Position numbers and translations under genes: made by a program
From: Amphiscolops sp. MND2022
Lineage: Eukaryota
Direction of reading: 5' to 3'
Assembly: GCA_964187785.1 (NCBI GenBank)
Contig: OZ076409.1
Location: 72,418,001-72,482,000 of the forward strand
DNA length: 64,000 nt
The notes under the pieces: generated by a model
Seen by the model: only the letters and a program-made list of their open reading frames with translations
Database searches by the model: none
What the model was told of the DNA's origin: nothing
Shown: positions 11,310-24,307 of the stretch, piece by piece
Numbering within the stretch: the first letter of the stretch is position 1
How the letters are laid out: each line of letters begins with the position of its first letter

Positions 11310-14300
11310 GTGGGCGGGGGTAATTCCCCAACAAAAAAATCGGCCGGCGGGTCGGGTCCTGCCGGCCGTCCAAAATCAAAATCCTCCTAGTAGAAAACGG
11401 CCGGTCAAACGAGCTATTTTTTTATTTAACCGTTAGAATTTGGGTTTAGATTGCATGCGGCCATGAAATGGCCATACGAATGGAAGTTCCTGCTGACGTT
11501 TTGCGATTGAAACACTTTATAAAAAGTTATGGCCAATTTGTCATTCACCTAGAAGGGCAAAATGAGGAAAATTTTAACAAAGTCGCTGATAACTCAAAAT
11601 GTAATAATTTTTGGACTTTGACAGTGAAACAAGCTTGGAACTGTCATTTCGTGGCTGTGGCATTGCACTGAACACAAAAGATGTAAAGTTTTCACATTTT
11701 TTGAAAATTCGACATTTTTGAATTTTTTTTCACTACTATCAGTACACTATATGTCAAAAACGCCTCTGAAAAAAATTTTTATTTGCTTAAAATTAGAAAC
11801 CTTGGTATCCATGGTTTCCGTCAGTACCTACTCGCTGCCAAACGCTCAACAGTTTGCATCCAATGTGAAAATATAATTTTTTTCGAGGTCATAGGTGTTT
11901 CACAAGGATTTCTCAACTTAGTATCTATTTACAAATTGGTCATTTTGAACACATTATTTTCATCGAAGCGTGTCAGATACCACCCTAATGCTCACGAATG
12001 GGCCTACTGGCAACGTTGGAACCATTTTTAGTAATAGAAAGTATTAAAAAAATATTTTCACCCGGTCTTCAGTCATTTTTCAGACATTCGGTACTTAACT
12101 TAGAAAAATTTCGCATCAAAAACCCATATTTGGTAGGGTCGAAATTTGAAATTCAGTTTTTTATGCAAAATTATTAACTCTGACGTAACCAGTGGAGCCC
12201 ATGATACTCAAAAACACGATTGGGACTGGTATCAGTGGCTCCAATAACATATGAGCCGCGATAAGACGTTATTCAGAGCAAACGCTCTAAATCGAAGTAA
12301 ACATCTCTGAAGCCTGGGATCACAGTGAAATGTGATATCACCAAAAGTTTACTCTTTTTTGTCAATCACTATGTACACAGAGTGCGTAGGGTGAGTTTCA
12401 GGACTATAATGAGGTTTTTGAAGTAATCGCGCTGCTCAAGGGGTGGTATGAGACTATTTTTTCCCATATACTACTACATTTCCATAAATTTGCAGTCCAT
12501 TGTCTTGGAAAGATAACTTCACAAAAACAATTTTTCTACTCTATTCAGTTATTAGAATAAAGTTGAACACTGTGGTTGATCAGAAATGCTCAATTCTTTT
12601 GGTTTTTAAAAAAAATTCCTTCGCATTCGTTACATTTGTGGAAGGAAGGTTATCAGTAGCTCCAAAAAAAACGAAATTTAGCACGAACAGACATGCAACG
12701 ATGCAAAGCAAAAACGTTTTTACAACTTCCGACGTCATTATTTTACCCAAGAAGTTCGAGAATATCATTCGCAATGCTGTCATTCGCTATATATACGATC
12801 GCGGTCAATTTACAAACATTTAGATTTCATTGTTCTGCTTGAAAACCAATTTTTGTCAGGTCGAAATTTTAAATTTTGCCTGGGGAGCAATACCCTTCAC
12901 GCTGAAGTAAACAGTGGGGCCCAAGTTACTCAAAAACAAGAAAGAGACTGCTACAATATGTCCTAATAACATATGGACCACGATAGTACGTTTTTCACAC
13001 AAAAAACTCTCATCCGAAGTAAATATGTTGAAAGCTTTTAATCACCGTGAGAAGTGATTTCATTAAAAAATAACTCTTTTTTGTCAATCACTATTTACAC
13101 AGAATTTGTAAAGTTAGTTTGAGTCATGAAATGAGGCTTTACCGTAATATGGGTTGCTCAAGGTGTTATATAAGACAAAAACTTCCTCTTTTCTACTAGC
13201 TTCTTCAAATATTTCAACCCTTTGTCACAATAAGTTAATATTCAAAATCTCTTTGAAATGTATCTTTATGTTGGGGTGAAGTCTAAGAACAATAACTATG
13301 ATCGAAGAATGCTAGTACTGGTGTTTGAACCATGTCCGGATGAACAAATCACAAAATCATCAAAAAATTGTTCCCTTTTTTGGTTATTTTGGCAGTACTA
13401 AAAATGTTAGCTGATAAATAATTTTTTCGATGGCACCATTGGATTCCTCTCAAAAAGTTGGTTATATGACCTGTGTAATAACCCCGTATCTTTTCAATTT
13501 AAATATATTTAAAAAGCCAACTATTTTGACCAAAATCCTAAAAATCATACCATTTCCTAAAAATTTTCAAATGCACCCCATTTGAGGTATAAGATAAGCA
13601 CAGAAAACTATAATATACCGATCAACTCTACTCCCATTGTAGATTATTAGAATTTTGTTTAGAATGAATTTTGATGGATATTAAAAAAATTTTGAACCCT
13701 CCAAAAATGGGCCAAAATTACACGAAAAAATTGACCTTAAAATACCAAAATGTCAAAAAATCATCAAAACCCAGGCTTCTTGGGGTTCTATCAACTCCGC
13801 GTGGTCCACAGAGTATGCTAAAACAGGTTTTACCCGTTTTTGAGCAATATGTGAAAAAGCCGACATTTTTGGGAAAGAAAAACATACCATTTCCTAAAAA
13901 AATTCAAATGCACGTCATTTGCCGTATTAGAATAGCACAGAAAACTATCACATACCAATCAACTCTACTTTCATTGCAGATGAACAGAATTTTGTTTAGA
14001 ATAAATTTTACCGGATAATAAAAAAATTTGAATCCTTCAAAAATGGGCCAAAATTACACGAAAAAATGAACCTTAAAAATTTAAAATGTCAAAAAATCAT
14101 CAAAACAACAGCTTATGGGGTTCTATCAACTCCACGAGGTCCACAGAGTATGCTAAAACAGGTTTTACCCGTTTTTGAGCAATATGTGAAAAAGCCGACA
14201 TTTTTGGGAAAGAAAAACATACCATTTCCTAAAAAAATTCAAATGCACGCCATTTGCCGTATGAAAATAGCACAGAAAACTATCACATACCAATCAACTC

Positions 14301-16070
14301 TACTTTCATTGCAGATGAACAGAATTTTGTTTAGAATAAATTTTACCGGATAATAAAAAAATTTGATTCCTTCTAAAATGGGCCAAAATTACACAAAAAA
14401 ATGGACCTTAAAATTTTAAAATGTCAAAAAATCATCAAAACCACGGCTTCTTGGGGTTCTATCAACTCCACGTGGTCCACAGAGTATGCTTAACCCGGTT
14501 TTACCCATCTTTGAGCAAAATGTGAAAATACCGACATTTTTGGAAAAGAAAAACATGCCATTTTCTAATAAATTTCAAATGCACGCCATTTGCTGTATGA
14601 GAATAACACAGAAAGCTGTCACATACCGATCAACTCTACTTCCATTGTAGATTATCAGAAGTTTGTTTAGAATAAATTTTGATGGATAATAAAAAAAATT
14701 GAATCCATCAAAAATGGGCCAAAATTACACGAAAAAATTGACCTTAAAATATCAAAATGTCAAAAAATCATCAAAACCACAGTTTCTTGGCGTTCTATCA
14801 ACTCCATATGATACCAAACCAGGTACTGCCAATCGTTTGAGTTATAATAAAAAAACCTCTTTTTTGGCAAGAATTCCATACCATAAATAATAATCATGTT
14901 CCATATAAGAAGCGAATCATTTCAGATATATACCCTGTTCATTTTTTTAATATTACCGATTATTAATTTAATAGATGTTTTGAATGTGAGCTTCCTAAAA
15001 GGTTCAGGTGTGATGATACGTAAAAAGAACCTTAGTTTCATCGAAATCTCAATTGAATATGTCCAATCTTAACCATCAGATAACAAGAAACACTTAAGTA
15101 CATTCCATCTCCCCATCGGGGGAGATGAGAATGTACTTTCGAGAAGCCAAATACGTCCAACATTCAAACTTTTGTAACTTTGTATGTAACTCCTGAAACG
15201 AAGAAGGAATAAAATTGTTTCTGGTACATACATGAGTCTTTACTTCAGCTTCTATTTCTGCTGAACAAAACCATTCGACTCTTTTGCCGGAGTTAAGATC
15301 GATTGTATTACCCAGTGAACAAAGGCATGACTGAAAACGTTTACTACTTTGTTCATAATTTTCCGGCCTTCCGAAATGATGAAACGTCCACATAACTAAG
15401 ATAGCAAGTGAATGACTGCGAAATGCACCTTATTAGATGAGGTAAATAACGTGTAAAACTCTCCTTTATCCTAACATGAGGTTGAGTAATGATCATTTGA
15501 GAATAGTTTGATATGTGAATACAATAGTATAAAACAAGTACATTTTATATGAATAACGCCGTGGAAAGCGTTCAGAAAGGACAGTAGGCTTGTTTGGAAC
15601 ATGTATGTGTGGTGTCCCTTGGTGGCGTTCGCTTAGTGTATATGTCGAGGGGTATTCGAGTTGTTATGATAGAATTTACACACAAGTCTTTTGTTTTTTG
15701 GTTTTTTTAAAATGTCGTTAAGTACCTGCATTCTATCCCCTTCTCAGAGATGACGTGAAGTTACGTTTGCTAAATAAATGTCATCGAAAGATCACACTCC
15801 CGACGAAATTAACTATCTTAACACGTGTTTAGAATTTTAAATAAACAACCGTATAAGATTTTTATATTTCATTGAGTTTGATGAAGTCTTTTGTTCTTCT
15901 AACTACTATTTCAACCAATACACATATCCGTTACCATATCACATGTCTCCATTAGTACAACGCCACATAGCGTTGCGACGCCCACAGTCTGTGGGCATGC
16001 CGAGGCATGCCCTTCGACGACGTATGGCAAATGGAGCCATGCCCGCCGTCTTTACGGCGGTAGCGGCTAG
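11310..16070 (+). mobile_element. Unit U5, family L (4761 bp)
   Basis: Internal repeats, hairpin 15096-15138, ends CCGCCGT-cttt-ACGGCGG-tagcgg-CTAG. Near-identical to U11. Confidence 0.85.
13547..14880 (+). repeat. Internal tandem repeat, 4 x ~336 bp
   Basis: Same monomer as 4811-6150. ORFs ending at 14018 and 14353 repeat the same translation. Confidence 0.9.
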
Positions 16071-18059
16071 GTGGGCGGGGGTAATTCCCCAACAAAAATT
16101 ACGGCCGGCGGGTTGGGTCCTGCCGGACGTTCAAATAGCGCGAAGCATCTAGTAGAAAACAAGGAGTCCTGAAACAGCGATTTTAAAATTGAACCGTTAG
16201 AATTTGGTTTTAGATTGCATGCGGCCCTAAAATCCCCATACGAATGGAAGTTCCTGCTGGCGTTAAGCGATTGAAATAATATATAAAAAGTTATGGCCCA
16301 TTTTTGGGTCATCAAGAAGGGCAAAATGAGGAAAATTTTAACTAAGTTGCTGATAACTCAAAATGTGTTAATTTTTGGACTTTGACTGTGAAACAAGCTC
16401 GGAACCTTCATTTCGTGGCTGTGGCATTGCACTGAACACAACAGATGTAAAGTTTTTACATTTTTTGAAAATTCGACATTTTTGAATTTTTTTTCACTAG
16501 TATCAGTACCCCAAATGTCAAAAACGCCTCAGAAAATTTTTTTTATTTGCTTTAAATTGGAAACCTTGGTATCCATGGTTTCTGTCGGAACCTACTCGCA
16601 GCCAAACACCCAACAGTTTGCATCCAATGTGAAAATAAAAATTTTTTCTGGGTCATAAGCGTTTCACAAGGATTTCTCAACTTAGTATTAATTTACAAAA
16701 TGGTCATTTTGAACACAAAATTTTCATCGAGGCTTGTCGGCTATAGCCTTAATGTTCTAGAACGGTCCCACTGGCAACGTAGGAACCATTTATAGTAATA
16801 GAAAGTTTTAAAAAAATATTTTTACCCGGTCTTCAGTCATTTTTCAGTCATTCGGAACTTAACTTAGAAAAATTTCGACCAAATACCCATTTTTTGTCAG
16901 GTCGAAAATTCAAATTCAGATTTTTGAGCAAAATTATTAACTCTGACGTAACCCATGGGGCCCATGATACTCAAAACAACGTTTGACAATGGTATCAATG
17001 GCTCCAATAACATATGAGTCGCGATAAGACGTTATTTTGAGCAATACGTCTCAATTGAGGTAAACATCTCGCAAGCCAGGGATCACTGTGAAATGTGATT
17101 TCATCAAAAATTTACTCAATTTCGTCAATCACTATGTGCACAGAATGCGTAGGGTGCGTTTCAGCACTATAATGAGGTTTTTGAAGGCATCGAGTTGCTC
17201 AAGGGGTGGTATGAGACATTTTTGTCCCATATACTACTGTAGTTTCCAAAATTTTTACCCCAATATCTGGAAATACAAACTTGACAAAATACTTTCAACT
17301 ACTTTATTCAAAGGTTACAATATAGATGAACACTGTGGTTGATAAGAAACTTTCATCTCTTTCGTTTTCGGAAATATTTCCGTTCGCATGTGTTACATTC
17401 ATAGCAGAAAAAAAAAACGAAACTGAAAAATACGCTATTTTGCTGATATAGAATCGCAATGATTGTGCCTAAAAACTCTTTAAACACTTCTAACGCAACC
17501 TTACGCACCCAAAATGATCGAAAATGCTATTCACAATGGTGACATGTGCTCTTTCTACGATCCTGGCTGGACAAGGTTTGCATATTTTTCAAGTACCTGT
17601 CAGCTAAATCTTGTGATAGCCTTTTCAGTTGGCCTTGTGTCAACTTGGGAAGGCTATCACATCAAAAAACCATCAACAAAAATAATTTTTGTTTATTGGA
17701 TCTTACAGTCGATACTTTTTTTCGTGATTCTATACTACCGTTAGTATATTTCATCAGGTCACCTTACGATTGCATTCAGTCTTTGATAAAAACCTATGAA
17801 CTCAAAGTCACATTTATATATTTTTTTGCCAGAAAATAACATCAAAAATATCTAAAATATATAAAATAGAGTCTTTAACTTTTTTACGTTTCAAGTTTCT
17901 GCCGTTATTAAGCCAATCAACGTGCTAGAGCCACATCCTGCCACATACTGTACAACGCCACATAGTGTTGCGACGTGCACAGTCTGTGGGCATGCCGAGG
18001 CACGCCCTTCGACGACGTATGCCGAATACCGCGGGCCTACGCCCGCGCTCCCCGGCTAG
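16071..18059 (+). mobile_element. Unit U6, family S (1989 bp)
   Basis: Head and 3' half match U3. One substitution in the GGCATGCC hairpin (17988-18007). Confidence 0.85.
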
Positions 18060-20850
18060 GTGGCGGGGGGCTGTCCCCAATAGAATATAGTGAGGTAGGG
18101 TAGGGTTCCCTACCGAACATTCAGTACTGAAAGACTCTTGTAGTATGAAAATTTTTCGATGTTTTGAGACCGATTTCGGATTCCACCCGTCAGAAGTTTA
18201 TGATTTTTTGGCCCCCACCCAGATTTTGGGCACTGATCGCCCCCCACCAGGTTCCATACCCGTGGTTTCGTTGTGACGGGTACACGAGCGACCGTTAGGG
18301 GTCAATCAGGGGGTAAAATTTATAAAAGTGTGAATAACTTTTCCCCCCGTCGTTTTAGCAGGTCCGGTCACTAGTAAAGGTTTGTTGGGCATCATGCAGT
18401 GGGTACGGGGGGCCAAACAAAAATTTTCTATCTTGCACCGTTACGGACTTGGCCCCCCGCCCAAACCGCTATTTTACCGGAAATTGCACTTTTTGACCGG
18501 GAAGGAGTCGTCTGAGCGCGGAGTCATTTGGTAATGTTTTGTAGAGCATCTGAAGACGTTGTGGGGGACATGTAGTTTGCCGACCCCAGTTTACCCCTCG
18601 GACGGGAAATGACCGTTATGTGAGTTTCAAAAATGCCCCCCTCCAATTTTCCCCGCAATTTCCGGTGTGAAGGAGTCGGAATAGCGTGTCGAGTGCTATA
18701 TATCAAAAGTAGCTTTAAACAAGGACCTATCAGAAACATGTGGTTTGGGACCCTTTGAACGGACCCGTTAGCCGGAAATAGGGTGACCGCCTCCTTTTTT
18801 TGGTGGTAAAACCGTAAAACGGGCATTAAAGTGTAATTATCTCGTGAACGCGTGGAGCAATCGTGTCCATCACTCCTACAAGGTTTCATACCCATGACAT
18901 GGTGCCTTCAGGGGGGCAAACAGATCAGCGCTATCTATCACCGTTACGGACTTTGCCCCCCAGCCTAACCGCTATATTACCGGAAATTGCCCTTTTTGAC
19001 CGGGAAGGAGTCGTCTGAGAGTGGAGTCGTTAAGTAATGTTTTGTAGAGCATCTAGAGACGTGTTGGGGGACATGTAGTTTGCCGACCCCGGTTTACCCC
19101 TCGGACGGGAAATTACCGTTATGTGAGTTTTAAAATTGACCCCCTTCAACTTTCCCCGTTATTTCCGATGTGAAGGAGTGAGGGTAGCGCGTCGGGTGTC
19201 ATATATCAAAAGTAGGTTAAGACAAGGACCAACCGGGAACATGTTGTTTGGGACCCTCTGGCCCAACCCGTTAGCCGTTATAAGGGTGATCGCCTCCTTT
19301 TTTTACTGCTAAAACCGGAAAACGGGCATTGAGGGGTAAATATCTCGTGAACGCGTGGAGCAATCGTGTCCATCACTACTACAAGGTTTCATACCCATGA
19401 TACGGTGCCTTCAGGGGGGAAAACAGATTACCGCTATATATCACCGTTACGGACTTGGCCCCCCAGCCTAACCGCTATGTGACCGGAAATGTCATTTTTT
19501 GAGCCAAAAGGGTTGGTCCCAGCGTAGGAACGTCAGGTAACTTTATGTAGAACTCAATGAGACGAGTTGGGGGATATAGTTTTAGTCACCCCCCGTTGAC
19601 CCGTTGGACCGGAAACGACCGTTATGTAGTGAAAAATGTTATTTTTATACTTTTTGAAGGCCATTTAGGGCAGGAAGTATCGGTAATATGTCTTTGGACA
19701 GTATACAATGAAAGTTTTGGTGTGAAACGAGCAATCTGAAATAACCGTTATTATGATTCGGAAGTCACACTAACAGCGAAAATGACCGTTATGTAGTGAA
19801 AATTTTTTTCACAATTTTTTTTATTTTCGATAGGTCCTTCAAGCCAGGAAGTAGCTGTATTAGGTCTTTGGTCACTTTATGATGATTGTGGTGTTGTGAG
19901 ATGACCGTACGAACTTGACCGTTATAATGCCCCTGAAGTTGCGGCGGCACGAGAAATTTCAGAAAGTTTGTCTTTTCTGTGTTTTGTTGTAATAAACATG
20001 TAATTTCATCAAACCAAAGTGCATTCAGGGTGTCAGAAAGCTTCAAGAAAAGAATTTGACAGGAAACATGAGGTGAGAAATAGGAAAATGCCACGGAAAT
20101 CCAACCCGTTGGGAAGTAAAGATAATAAATTGGTTTGGAAGTGCCAATCGACGTGTAATTGCGGATCATAGCTACGATATTGTCTCTTTTGTTTCTTTTT
20201 GAAGACTTTGAACATTTTCACTTTATCAGCTTGAAGTTTCGACTCCATTAACTCAATAACCGTTACAATATGATAGCCCTCAAGTTGACCTTGTGTCAAC
20301 TTGAAAGGGCTATCCTTTCACAACTGCGCAGCGACAGTGTGATTGAGTGTTTTTGTTATTATCCATAGCCAATTTGAACTTCAACAAAAGTTTAACCATA
20401 GTTAAAAAATTTCATATGATTCTTTTAAAAGGATAAGTAAGAAACAAATGTTTGACAAAAAACTTTCAACCTTTAATTTGTGGACTGAATATCAGGAAAA
20501 CCATGTCTCCTAACGTTGTTGGATGAAATTCAACATGATTCTTTTAATAGGATAACAAAGTTTGACAACATATTTTTTTATATTCTTTCGTTGGTGCTCT
20601 ACATTTTAGGAAAACGAATTTTCCAACAAATATTGTTGGCTGATGCCTGTTCATAGTGGCTTGAAAATTTCACCAACTGTAATGCTTTTTATCAAAGGTG
20701 AAACCGCTCCTTACCGTCGCATAATGTAATTCAAGCCGACGCCCACATGCCAACATCAACGCCCACCGTCCGTAGGCATGCCGAGGCATGCCTTTCGACG
20801 ACGTATGCCAAATCACGCCCCTGCGAGGTCACTAAAGCGGTAGCGGCTAG
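18060..20850 (+). mobile_element. Unit U7, GC-richer family G (2791 bp)
   Basis: Body homologous to 61001-62976, not to S/L. Head hairpin 18094-18114, GATAGCC hairpin 20272-20314, AGGCATGCC hairpin 20774-20793. Confidence 0.82.
18441..19640 (+). repeat. Internal tandem repeat, 503 bp period, about 2.4 copies
   Basis: TTACGGACTT...CCCCC...AACCGCTAT at 18441, 18944, 19447. Confidence 0.85.
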
Positions 20851-22121
20851 GTGGCCGCGTCTTTTAGATGGACTTTTAGCCCTGAGGCGCGGGTAGGGTC
20901 CTGCGCCGAGCTGGTGAAAATATACTACGTCCAAATCGCCCGTTCCGGAAACGATCTCGAAAACTGACCGTTAGAAATTCCTGAAAATTTGCATGTGGCC
21001 CCCAATTGGCGAGCAATGAAAAAGTGTAGGAGGTCATTTTTCCCAAATTCCACTGTGAGACGAGATATATGAAAAAAACGGACCCCAAAATGACGGAAAT
21101 TTCACTTTTTGACCATTAATGGGACATTATCTCCCCAGACAAGGCTCGGAGCAAAATTTGTCAGAACCCAAACCTGCAGCAGACTGTTAGAGCAGTACAC
21201 ACAGTAATTTTGAAAGAAATCCGATAATCACATGTTGAGAAATTGACGTTTTTCCGGCGAAATTTCTAGCAAATGCAGTCTATCTCTGCCGTTTTTTGCC
21301 CAAAATTTTTCCGAGACACTCGCCTAAAGGCCTCCCCTGGCCGGTTTACCTCCCAAAAAAACCATTTGGCCCTAAATACGAGGTTTCAGCGTTCTAGCTT
21401 TTCCCAGTAAAAAGTTATGGGACTTAGAAGTTTTTCAAAACTTTTCAAAATTTTTCTAAAAAAGTTCAGGCCGCCCAAAGTGAAGAAACTTCCACACAAC
21501 TAGTATTGCAAGTGAATGCATGTGGAAAGCCCTGCACTTGACGAGAAAAATGCCGTTTAGAACGTCTTTTTATCTCAACTTGATGTTGACTTATGATCTT
21601 TTGAGTAGCGTATAACACGTGATCACAGTAGTGAAAACCCTAATTTTCAAAAATTTTCGAACAATAACGCATGAAAAGAACCTGGAAAAGGTTCCGATGG
21701 GTCAGTTGGGATGTCTGAAGCTTGTGTACATTCCCGTAGTGTATAGCGGATGTATTTGGGACTTATTAGAAATTGTGATATGTTTTATACAAGTCTTTGT
21801 TTCTCTTAGAATCTTATGCAGTTGAGTACATTCCATCTCCCTCTCAGGGGAGATGTGAATGTACGTTTGTCAAATGCCTTGTATATTTCACATCTTTGAT
21901 GGATTCAAATAACTAAACAAGTGTGATTTGCGTTTGCCGAACCACTGCGACAAAATACCCTAAATCTATAGCGAGATTGTATGGTTTTTGTCTTTAGTGT
22001 TTCGTCTTGTGTAGCCGACTTCCACATCCAAATATCAACGCCCGCCGTCCGTAGGCATGCCGAGGCATGCCTTTCGACGACGTATGCCAAATACCCAATG
22101 CCACGCTGTCATTATCGCTAG
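20851..22121 (+). mobile_element. Unit U8, divergent 1271 bp element
   Basis: GTGG start, head hairpin 20886-20907, GTACATTC hairpin 21826-21864, conserved tail. Segment ~21390-21590 is homologous to ~23380-23570 and ~25560-25750. Confidence 0.8.
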
Positions 22122-24307
22122 GTGGAGGTTATTTTATAATAATTAAAGTGTTTTTTTCCGGAGTTTGTGGCTTTGGAAAAAACAAAAGGCGAGAAATTGG
22201 GCACTCCGGGCTGAACCGTATACACTCAAAATTCGCCCAATATTTATACGATCTCGAAACCCAGCCGTACGATTTGGCTGAAAATTTGCATGCGGCTAAA
22301 AAATCAGATTCTAAGAACTATTTCCTGCTGACATTTTTTTGAAATTTTTGTGTACGTTTCCCCCCCGCCCCCTAAAGGGGTCAATTTTCCCCAATTTTGC
22401 ACTTATGAGCCAAATTCTCAAAACTGGTGGATCTGAGCGTATTCCCGGCGGGGACAACTTTTAACGCGCGCTCCTCAGTAGACCTTTTTGACTTTTAACT
22501 TTGGTGGTACGTTCACCCCCCGAGGAGGAAATGGCGTTTTTGTGACTTCCGGTCGAGGCTTTTTTCACCCAAAAAATAGAATTAAGCCAATTTTGAGCAG
22601 GAAGGAGTGGATTTAAAGTGCCTGTACCCTGCTAAAAATTTGTTGGGCTTGTAGCGATATATCTCATACCAAGTCTGGTTTTCACCCCCAAACCCCCCTT
22701 GGGACCAAAATTCACCCAAACTTTTTTTTTCTCTGTTTGTAGTTTTTTTTGCAAAATGTCGTCATTTCCATGGGTAAGGAGTTGAATTAGGGGCTCCTAA
22801 TAGGGTACCAATGTTCAAGTACACTTGCAGTGCAACTGAGTGACCCTTTTGGGGCCTCTCCTGTGTTCGGCGAGGACCGGAAGTGGTGTAAACCCCCCTT
22901 TTTTGACGTTTGTTGACCTTGAGACTCGCGCTTAGATGACGTTTATGTCGCGCAAATCCTACAAACCAGTATTAGGATGACATGCTAGCCTACTAGAGAG
23001 CACTAAGGGAAACTGTACTATACCGGAAGTAACCCCCCGTGACCGGAAGTTGTCATTTTTGACCGGAAATGGTCCAAAACATAGCGTAAAAGCAGTTTTC
23101 ATTGCTTTTAAAGTCAACTTATTACCTTTTCAGTCTGCGCGAGCTTGTCTTCAGATTCGTTTTTGTTGTCCGTGCACACTACAACAAATATACATCTGTA
23201 GAACTTTTGCTATAATATCGTCGGAGAGAGAAATAACGGGTTTTCGGAATTTTTTTCAAAAATGTTTGTCTATATCTATCATTTTTACCCAACGTTATTC
23301 AACAGTAGAACCACAGGGGTTAGTATCTGCCAAAATATATGCCTAACAAAACCACTCGTCCCATTGGTTGCAGTTTGAGCGTTCTAGCTTTGCCTGGTCA
23401 CAAGTTGAGGGACTTCAAAAAGTTTCAAATTTTTTTGGAAATTTTTTTTTAAACGTCACGTCTCCCAAAGTTAAGAATTTTCCACACAACTAGGATTGCA
23501 AGAGAATGCACATGGTAAGACCTATAAATCGAGAGAAAAATTCCGTTCAGAACGTCTCTTTATCGTTACGTGACGTTAAAAGATGTTGCTTTGAATGTGA
23601 ATTTGATAATGCGTCGAGAAGTAAAAGAGTGTGAATGGATCCTATGTCTCGACAAATACTCATCGCAATACATACGATGAACCCCAATTACCCTCACTTT
23701 CAGTTGGCTAGTACATCAGCGTCTTCCAAGGACCGTTTACCTATTTAAAAATTGTCAAATTCATTATTAATATCAGTTAGCAAGAAATATTTGAGTACAT
23801 TGTCATCTCTCCCCATCGGGTGAGATGAGAATGTTCTTGCTAAAAGTCAAGTACTACGGCCCATTTTTGTTTTATTGCGACGTTTTCTGTGCCTTAGCAC
23901 AAGGATACTTTTATGTCATCTCACTTTTGTTATACAATCTGACTTGTTGTTATAAAATTCTCGTCATTACTTTACCTAAACTTACTACCATGCATCTTTA
24001 ACGTCAAAGCCAAATTCATTTAGACGCCCACCATTCCGTAGGTATGCCGAGGTATGCCTTTCGAAGAAGTATGGCAAAACACAAACGGGCAAATGAAAAG
24101 GGCTGAAATTCAGAAACAGTCACAAACAATTTTGACTATTTGACCGATGGTAGGTTTTTATATGGAACTTACACATCACTGACATTTCAAAACATTCCAG
24201 CTGACGCCCACTTACAAACATCAACGCCCACGGTCCGTGGGCATGCCGAGGCATGCCCTTCGACGACGTATGGCAAATACCTTTTACGACGTCCCAACTT
24301 TCCCTAG
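22122..24307 (+). mobile_element. Unit U9, 2186 bp family with doubled tail
   Basis: Starts GTGGAGGTTAT, ACCGGAAGT-rich body. Relic tail hairpin 24040-24059 and intact one 24239-24258. Confidence 0.8.

Noticed and set aside
4811..19640. 337 and 503 bp periods as multiples of a ~168 bp nucleosome repeat
   Set aside because: Only two data points, and the 722 bp offset and unit lengths do not fit.
22263..22297. Group II intron domain V-like hairpin (AGCCGTA...TGCGGCT) with GTG starts
   Set aside because: It lies near the 5' end instead of the 3' end, has no GNRA-capped regular upper stem, is not kept in all families, and units end CTAG rather than AY.
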